From the NCBI GenBank assembly GCA_004524445.1, contig SDNP01000001.1, positions 32,001-96,000 on the forward strand: a stretch of 64,000 bases of DNA. Reading direction: 5' to 3'. Source of the DNA: Candidatus Thorarchaeota archaeon. GTDB taxonomy: Archaea > Asgardarchaeota > Thorarchaeia > Thorarchaeales > Thorarchaeaceae. Both the position numbers and the translations under genes were made by a program. This document shows, piece after piece, positions 58,284 through 64,000 of this stretch. The notes beneath the pieces were generated by a model. The model was given only the letters and a program-made list of their open reading frames with translations. It searched no databases and was not told the origin of the DNA. Position 1 is the stretch's first letter; the number at the start of each line of letters is the position of its first letter.

Positions 58284-59024
58284 ATGTTTGGCGTTTCAGG
58301 CAAGGGTTACGATACCAGTACAAGTATCTTCAGTCCCGAAGGTCGCATTTTTGCCGCAGAATATGCAAAGAAAGCTGTGGAGCAAGGGGCGACTACTCTT
58401 GGCGTACAGGTCAAGGAGGGTGTGATACTTCTTGCCGAAAAGAAGCTACAGCCCTTGCAGGAACCGGACAGTATCGAAAAGATTGCAAAGGTCGATGATC
58501 ATATTGGAGTATCGACATCTGGCTTTATGGCAGACGCAAGGCAACTCATTCAGGAGGCTCGAGTTAAGGCTCAGTCCTATTGGCTGACTTACGAAGAGCC
58601 AATTCCTGGTGAAGCGCTTGCAGAACACATCTGCAATGTTAAGGTAACCCGCCTCTCACTTGATATGAGACAGGGTGGGCGTCCTTACGGTGTTGCCATG
58701 CTCATCGCATCTGTTGATCATGATGGCACTCCACGACTCTTTGTGACCGATCCTGTTGCAACTTACCGTGGCTATCTTGCTGCAGTCATTGGACGTGGCA
58801 GCGATATCGCTGGAGAGTATTTGCAGAAGAACTACAAGAGAACAAAGAAGATGGACTCAGCCATACATTTAGCGCTCGCAGCTCTACGAGAAGCGAGTGA
58901 TAGCGAACTAGATTCTGAAAACGTCGAGATTGCAACGATTCCTGTGAAGACACACAAGTTTGAGAAGCTCTCCAATGAGGAGATAGCGGAGATTCTCGCC
59001 GAAGAAACTAGTAAGAATAAGTAG
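58284..59024 (+). CDS. psmA: Proteasome alpha subunit
   Basis: GYD..SIFSPEGR, EKI..VDDHI, SG..ADAR, RPYGV. Confidence 0.93.
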   Translation: MFGVSGKGYDTSTSIFSPEGRIFAAEYAKKAVEQGATTLGVQVKEGVILLAEKKLQPLQEPDSIEKIAKVDDHIGVSTSGFMADARQLIQEARVKAQSYWLTYEEPIPGEALAEHICNVKVTRLSLDMRQGGRPYGVAMLIASVDHDGTPRLFVTDPVATYRGYLAAVIGRGSDIAGEYLQKNYKRTKKMDSAIHLALAALREASDSELDSENVEIATIPVKTHKFEKLSNEEIAEILAEETSKNK

Positions 59025-59040
59025 GAGTTGACAGGTAAAC

Positions 59041-59772
59041 ATGGTTGGCGGCGGTTCAGGTCAAAAAACAGGCGATAAGTGGCTCGACCTTGATGCAGTT
59101 GTTGTGGGCATTCAGAAAGGTCATATGAGATTCGAGCTGTTTGTAGACCCTGACTTGGCTTTTAGGTATCGAAGAGGTGAGAATATCCCTCTGCAAGATA
59201 TTCTGAAGAGCTATGAAGTCTACGAAGATGCCAGAAGAGGAGAGAGGGCTACAGAAACCCTCGTTGAAGATGCTTTTGGGTCCGACGATGTATTTGACAT
59301 TGCACCTGAGATTCTCCAGTATGGAGAATTCAAGCTTACACATGAACAGAGAAAGCAACTAACTGAAGAGAAGAGAGAAGAAATTGTTCACAATATCTCC
59401 AAGCGGGCAATGAATCCCCAGACGGGGCATCCCCATCCGCCAGACCGAATTCGGCAGGCGATGGAGGAGGCAAAGATACGTATTGATCCATTCATAAGTG
59501 CTGAAGAACAGGTTCCGGGAATTGTAAAATCACTCCGAGTGATTATTCCTATATCCTTCGAAAGCGTGAAAGTGAGAATCTCAATCCCAGCATCATATGC
59601 GGGCAAAGGCTACAATCTTGTTGCCAACGCTGGAGTCATTAAATCTGACGACTGGGAACCTGATGGATCATGGAAGGGGCTCGTTGAAATTCCCGCATCA
59701 AAAAGACAAGAACTTTACGACGACCTGAACAAGTTAACCAAGGGTCAGGTCAAATTAGAAATAGTACGTTAA
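59041..59772 (+). CDS. Ribosome maturation factor SBDS/Sdo1
   Basis: RFELFVDP, NPQTGHPHPPDRI, LTKG; superoperon position. Confidence 0.93.
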   Translation: MVGGGSGQKTGDKWLDLDAVVVGIQKGHMRFELFVDPDLAFRYRRGENIPLQDILKSYEVYEDARRGERATETLVEDAFGSDDVFDIAPEILQYGEFKLTHEQRKQLTEEKREEIVHNISKRAMNPQTGHPHPPDRIRQAMEEAKIRIDPFISAEEQVPGIVKSLRVIIPISFESVKVRISIPASYAGKGYNLVANAGVIKSDDWEPDGSWKGLVEIPASKRQELYDDLNKLTKGQVKLEIVR

Positions 59773-59838
59773 GATACAGGCCCGGATTAGAGGGTCTTTC
59801 ATTAAAAAATAAGATAGAAGAATTAGAGAGGGAACACA

Positions 59839-60642
59839 TTGGCAGTTTACTTTGAAAAAAGAGAAATAGTTGTTCCTGGACAGCTCTTGGCCGAGGGTCG
59901 ATACAGAGCCTCCGTCGGGACTTACATGGAGGGTGAGAATGTTTACTCAACCATCATGGGTCTGGCAGAGCTTAAAGGAAATACAGTAAGAGTCGTGCCC
60001 CTTCAGGGAGTTTATATCCCTCGTGAAGGAGATTTAGTACTTGGCACAATAACCTACGTGGCGGGAAATAACTGGAAGGTTGACATTGGTGGACCTTACC
60101 AGGCTTCGATACATGCAAACAACGCCCTGAGAAGACCCTATGATGACGACATATCAAAATACATGGATGTCGGAGATGTCATAGCGGCAGAGGTTTCAGC
60201 TTTTGATCGAGTTACTGGGCCCTATCTCACTATGAAGGGAAGAGGTCTGAGAAAGCTCGAAGGCGGAATGGTTGTACGTGTGAGTCCGGCTAAGATTCCA
60301 CGCATCATTGGCCGAAAGGGCTCAATGATCAAGATGATTATGGATACGCTGAAAATCAAGGTCATGGTCGGGCAGAATGGCAGGATTTGGGTCGATGCGC
60401 CAACGATTGATGTTATGCGCTTGGCCAGAAAAGCCTTCAGAATGATTGAAGATCAGTCACACACATCCAATTTGACCAATAGAGTCGAAGAGATGCTGAA
60501 GGAAGAGATGGCCAAACTTGAAGAGGCTGAAGAATCTGACGAGGCCGACGAAGAAGAGTCTACTGAAGATTCAGAAGAATTAGACGAAGAAGAAGAAACA
60601 GAAGAAGAAGATATTGAAGAAGAGGAAGTGAATGAAGAATGA
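59839..60642 (+). CDS. rrp4: Exosome RNA-binding subunit Rrp4 (acidic tail)
   Basis: VVPGQ, YIPREGDLVLG (S1), PRIIGRKGSM and VGQNGRIW (KH). Confidence 0.93.
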   Translation: MAVYFEKREIVVPGQLLAEGRYRASVGTYMEGENVYSTIMGLAELKGNTVRVVPLQGVYIPREGDLVLGTITYVAGNNWKVDIGGPYQASIHANNALRRPYDDDISKYMDVGDVIAAEVSAFDRVTGPYLTMKGRGLRKLEGGMVVRVSPAKIPRIIGRKGSMIKMIMDTLKIKVMVGQNGRIWVDAPTIDVMRLARKAFRMIEDQSHTSNLTNRVEEMLKEEMAKLEEAEESDEADEEESTEDSEELDEEEETEEEDIEEEEVNEE

Positions 60643-61439
60643 GTCAAGAAACAAAGCCCGATTATTTGATTAATCCAGAGGGGCTAAGACTTGATGGACG
60701 CAGGCCAGATGAAATGAGGCCTGTGGAAATGAAGGTAGGTGTCCTTAAGCAGGCAGATGGATCTGCCTCAATACGTCAAGGCAAAACCTACATCATAGCA
60801 GCAGTATATGGACCCAGAGAACTACACCCAAGGCACCTTACATTGAACGATAGGGCATATCTTAGGGTGGCATATCGAATGACCACGTTCTCTGTTCCGG
60901 ACAGGAAACGACCAGCACCCTCTCGAAGAGAGAGAGAAATTTCGATGGTCATTGCAAACGCATTAAGCCCTGCTATATTCCTTGAGGAATTTCCCAAGGC
61001 AGTAATCGACGTCTATGTTACCGTTATCCAAGCTGATGGCGGAACGCGGTGTGCTGCAACAAATGCAGCCTCCTTGGCATTGGCTGATGCAGGGATTCCC
61101 ATGAGAAGCTTGGTTCCGTCAATTGCTGTAGGAAAAGCGGAAGGAAAACTCCTAGTTGATCTCGGTGACCAGGAAGACAAATACGGTGGAGGCGACATTC
61201 CTTTGGCGATACTACCAGAAAATGAAGAAATTGTGCTTTTACAGCAGGATGGTTCCTTCACTCGCGAGGAGATTGTTGAAGCAATCAAGATGGGCATCAA
61301 TTCATGCAAGTATTTGCATGAACTTCAGAAAGATGCTCTGAAAATGGCCTATTCTAAGAAGGCCCCCGCGGATGATGAAGACTACGAGGATGACTTAGAA
61401 CATGTCCCTGGTGAAGATTTTCCGGAGGAGGATGAGTAG
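60639..61439 (+). CDS. rrp41: Exosome subunit Rrp41
   Basis: RLDGR, ADGSA, VYGPRE, DGGTRCA, EDKYGGGD. Confidence 0.95.
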   Translation: MSQETKPDYLINPEGLRLDGRRPDEMRPVEMKVGVLKQADGSASIRQGKTYIIAAVYGPRELHPRHLTLNDRAYLRVAYRMTTFSVPDRKRPAPSRREREISMVIANALSPAIFLEEFPKAVIDVYVTVIQADGGTRCAATNAASLALADAGIPMRSLVPSIAVGKAEGKLLVDLGDQEDKYGGGDIPLAILPENEEIVLLQQDGSFTREEIVEAIKMGINSCKYLHELQKDALKMAYSKKAPADDEDYEDDLEHVPGEDFPEEDE

Positions 61440-61441
61440 AA

Positions 61442-62269
61442 ATGGGTGACTTTAGTGGTGAAGTAATTAGCCACATTGATAGAGAATACGTTCGTCAGCT
61501 ATTGGACAATGGTGAACGCATTGATGGCCGTGCCTTTGATGAATATCGACCGGTCGAAATAGAACTCAACGTAGTTCCTGCTAAAGCAGAGGGTTCTGCC
61601 CTAGTCAACATTGGTGATACCAGTGTAGTTGCAGGCGTCAAAGTATTAGTTGGAGATCCATACCCAGACACACCTGATCAGGGAGTTACTGTGGTCACTG
61701 CTGAGCTACCACCATTGGCATCACCAATGTTCGAACTTGGTCCACCACGACAAGATGCCATTGAGTTGGCACGTGTTGTGGATAGAGGTGTACGCGAGTC
61801 TGAGAGCGTTAACGTTTCTAAGCTCGTTATTGAGTCTGGAAAGAAAGTCTACCTAATCTTCTGTGACGTTTATCCACTAGAATATGATGGGAACTTGATT
61901 GATGCATCCTCATTGGCTGTGAACGCCGCACTGGGTTCAGCTCAGTATCCTGAGATGAAGCTCGAAGACGGTGATCTGGTCGAGACCGGAAAAATACTCA
62001 AAGTGCCCGTCGAAAATCACGCCATCGAGTGCACAATTGGCAAGATTGGCAAGCACCTGGTCATTGACCCTCATATCAAGGAGGAGATGGTTCAGGACAG
62101 CCGGTTAACGGTGGCTGTAGATGAGTCTCAGAATCTTACCGCAATCCAGAAGGGTGGTGGAGTCGGCCCGATGACATTGGATGAAATAGACCAATCCATG
62201 GGAATGGCGCTTGAAGGTTCAAAGCAGCTCCGAGAGATTCTAGAGCAGGCTTTGAAAGAAGTAGAATAG
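61442..62269 (+). CDS. rrp42: Exosome subunit Rrp42
   Basis: RIDGR..EYR, AEGSA, PYPDTP, ELARVVDRGVRES, DGNLID, AIQKGG. Confidence 0.95.
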   Translation: MGDFSGEVISHIDREYVRQLLDNGERIDGRAFDEYRPVEIELNVVPAKAEGSALVNIGDTSVVAGVKVLVGDPYPDTPDQGVTVVTAELPPLASPMFELGPPRQDAIELARVVDRGVRESESVNVSKLVIESGKKVYLIFCDVYPLEYDGNLIDASSLAVNAALGSAQYPEMKLEDGDLVETGKILKVPVENHAIECTIGKIGKHLVIDPHIKEEMVQDSRLTVAVDESQNLTAIQKGGGVGPMTLDEIDQSMGMALEGSKQLREILEQALKEVE

Positions 62270-62286
62270 CGGAATAATGAGGTGGA

Positions 62287-62310
62287 GAGAGGGATTTTCC
62301 CTCTCCTCTT
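62287..62310 (+). terminator. Hairpin after rrp42
   Basis: GAGAGGGA-TTT-TCCCTCTC-CTCTT. Confidence 0.5.
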
Positions 62311-62423
62311 CAGCCGCTAAATAGGTATGCTAATAAGGCTAACCGAGGGCGACTGCCTGACTTCATCAGCGCTCTCATAAGCTATTGTTTTGAAGTCAAA
62401 TTATCACGCGAGGCGAACATCAG

Positions 62424-62852
62424 ATGGGAAGAACAAAGAAAGTTGGAACCACAGGCCGACTTGGAGCTAGATACGGTGCAAAACTTCGTAGGACTGTTCT
62501 CGATATTGAGAAGCGAGGGGATGAGCCCCATCGCTGTCCATCTTGTGCAACAAGAGCACTCAAGAGAAAGGCAGCTGGTCTTTGGGAATGCCGCAAGTGT
62601 GAGCTAATTTTTGCTGGTGGCGCATATGTACCATATACGGACGCTGGTAGAGCGGCACGGAGAGCCATTGCACAACGTGTAGCCGGTGACTTCCTCTCGC
62701 TCCGTGAAGAAGAAGATGTAGAGTCATTGGAGTTCCTGCCTAATGTAGAGGAAAGGCCTGTAATTGAGGCAACTGATGTTATGGAAGGCGAAGAAGAAAT
62801 CGAAGAACCTATTGAGAATTTTTCCGAAGAACCGCCTGAAGACGAATTCTAG
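62424..62852 (+). CDS. rpl37ae: 50S ribosomal protein L37ae (eL43) with acidic C-terminal extension
   Basis: TKKVG..GRLGARYG..LR, CPSC, WECRKC, FAGGAY. Confidence 0.95.
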   Translation: MGRTKKVGTTGRLGARYGAKLRRTVLDIEKRGDEPHRCPSCATRALKRKAAGLWECRKCELIFAGGAYVPYTDAGRAARRAIAQRVAGDFLSLREEEDVESLEFLPNVEERPVIEATDVMEGEEEIEEPIENFSEEPPEDEF

Positions 62853-62863
62853 GACGGACACCG

Positions 62864-63421
62864 TTGGCTTCGGTTTTGTTGACCACTAGTAGAAGAACCT
62901 CAGATAGAGTACGTTCATTCGTAAGAGATTTGGCGCATTCAATTCCGGACTCTGTTCGATTCAATCGCGGCAGTATGAATATGGTTCAGCTTCAAGCACG
63001 AATAAAACAAGTCGAAGCGAATGCGGCCATTATTGTTTCTATGTTCAGAGGAAATCCGGGCGAACTCAGCTTTATTGACGATTCAGGAGGTGAGATTCTG
63101 AATATACGCATGGAGAGTGCGGCATTGCGCAGAGAAGTTTCGCCCGATTCTAGTACCAAGAACATCTCTTGTTTGGGTGTAGCTGTTAAAGAAGACAGTA
63201 GTAAACATACACTTGGTTTAGCCAAGGAGTTAGCAGACTTGTTTAATGTGCAGTTTCAGCTGATTGCTTCTCCATACGATGTCACAACTAACCATTCAAG
63301 GCATAGCTTCCTTTGGTTCGAGGACCTCAACAAGGGCAAAATTCTTTGGACACATTATGTAACAGATCGGCATACAGAAATTGGTCCAAGAATCAGAATA
63401 TCATCCCTGAGACGTGGCTAA
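62864..63421 (+). CDS. Brix/Imp4 domain ribosome biogenesis protein
   Basis: LTTSRRTSDRVRSF..DL, NRG, GNPG, GPRI. Confidence 0.85.
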   Translation: MASVLLTTSRRTSDRVRSFVRDLAHSIPDSVRFNRGSMNMVQLQARIKQVEANAAIIVSMFRGNPGELSFIDDSGGEILNIRMESAALRREVSPDSSTKNISCLGVAVKEDSSKHTLGLAKELADLFNVQFQLIASPYDVTTNHSRHSFLWFEDLNKGKILWTHYVTDRHTEIGPRIRISSLRRG

Positions 63422-63695
63422 GATGGCAGAATTATCAACCGGAGGCACTGTTATAATCGAGATTGAAACCGCTTCAGCCGAGGAAGCGAGCATTCTGCTT
63501 AGATCAGTGCAACCAGAAACCTACTCAGCTCCATCTGATAGAGCACGGGTTCAGATATCCCAGACTGGTCCGACGTTGCGGATAGAAATCAGCGCAGATG
63601 ATTTCGTTGCTCTACGCGCAGCGACCAATTCATACCTTGCTTGGACGTCCGCCAGTATTGCCGCTCGGCAAACTCTGCTAGGCGAAAGTCCTTAA
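63414..63695 (+). CDS. pcc1: KEOPS complex subunit Pcc1
   Basis: SVQPE, IEISADDFVALRAATNSYL. Confidence 0.88.
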   Translation: MAKMAELSTGGTVIIEIETASAEEASILLRSVQPETYSAPSDRARVQISQTGPTLRIEISADDFVALRAATNSYLAWTSASIAARQTLLGESP

Positions 63696-63755
63696 GTCTC
63701 AGACTTGACCCGATGATAGAGAATTCACCACTTTTAGACTTGGAGTAAGAAAAAG

Positions 63756-64000
63756 ATGGCACAGAGCATTCCTCCCGCCTTGGAGCAGGAATTAAGAAAG
63801 TTTGAGAACCTTAGGAAGCAATACGAGTCATTTCAGATGACAAACCAGACGATGCAACAAGAGCTGAATGAAGTAAATGCAACTCTGGATGAATTAAAGA
63901 AGCAACCGGATGATGTGACAACCTACAAGTCGGTTGGGAGCGTTATGTTTGAGGTTGATAAGTCCAAACTCATGGATGACCTAGATGATCGTCAGAAGAC
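63756..64000 (+). CDS. pfdB: Prefoldin beta subunit (3'-truncated; not in ORF track)
   Basis: Manual translation MAQSIPPALEQELRKFENL...ELKKQPDDVTTYKSVGSVMFEVDK; superoperon position. Confidence 0.88.
   Translation, partial: MAQSIPPALEQELRKFENLRKQYESFQMTNQTMQQELNEVNATLDELKKQPDDVTTYKSVGSVMFEVDKSKLMDDLDDRQK

Noticed and set aside
58165-58425. 86-aa ORF overlapping the psmA start
   Set aside because: Out-of-frame overlap with psmA and no motif; an upstream-ORF role cannot be fully excluded.
60520-60640. GAA-rich tandem repeat
   Set aside because: Explained by poly-Glu coding in Rrp4; not an independent repeat element.
1-64000. tRNA, rRNA, CRISPR, transposase or integrase; many antisense ORFs in the track
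   Set aside because: No cloverleaf, spaced direct repeats or recombinase motifs seen by eye; the antisense ORFs are shadows of well-supported genes.

Overview
Gene-dense archaeal chromosome segment, most likely from an Asgard archaeon (Thorarchaeia-like). That assignment is inferred from the exosome superoperon, a short LRR protein, C-terminally anchored solute-binding proteins and TATA/leaderless promoters. I saw no rRNA, tRNA, CRISPR or mobile element. There are three blocks. (1) 1-20 kb: accessory and catabolic genes, including acyl-CoA dehydrogenase with a ferredoxin, a flavin-disulfide reductase, an acyl-CoA ligase divergent from a 2-hydroxyacyl-CoA dehydratase/BCR-type trio, and a PadR operon. 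(2) 20-53 kb: a large anaerobic redox island with a split 2-oxoacid:ferredoxin oxidoreductase, three HdrCB pairs, two tandem-FAD HdrA proteins (one fused to MvhD), a radical SAM enzyme, a PAS histidine kinase, DUF2096, an ADP-ribosylglycohydrolase, a group 3b [NiFe] hydrogenase and a tungsten AOR. (3) 54-64 kb: a Zn/Mn ABC transporter and the proteasome-exosome superoperon. Notable observations: the multi-Hdr hub with one canonical and one degenerate FAD module per HdrA; a circularly permuted family-5 solute-binding protein inside the kor cluster; three membrane-tethered winged-helix proteins; a very acidic surface protein reminiscent of coral SAARP; a Zfx-like ferredoxin without zinc ligands; an unannotated 55-aa tandem Cys/His metalloprotein; structured 5' leaders; and a candidate ~60-nt sRNA. 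All functional calls come from motif recognition by eye, not database searches.
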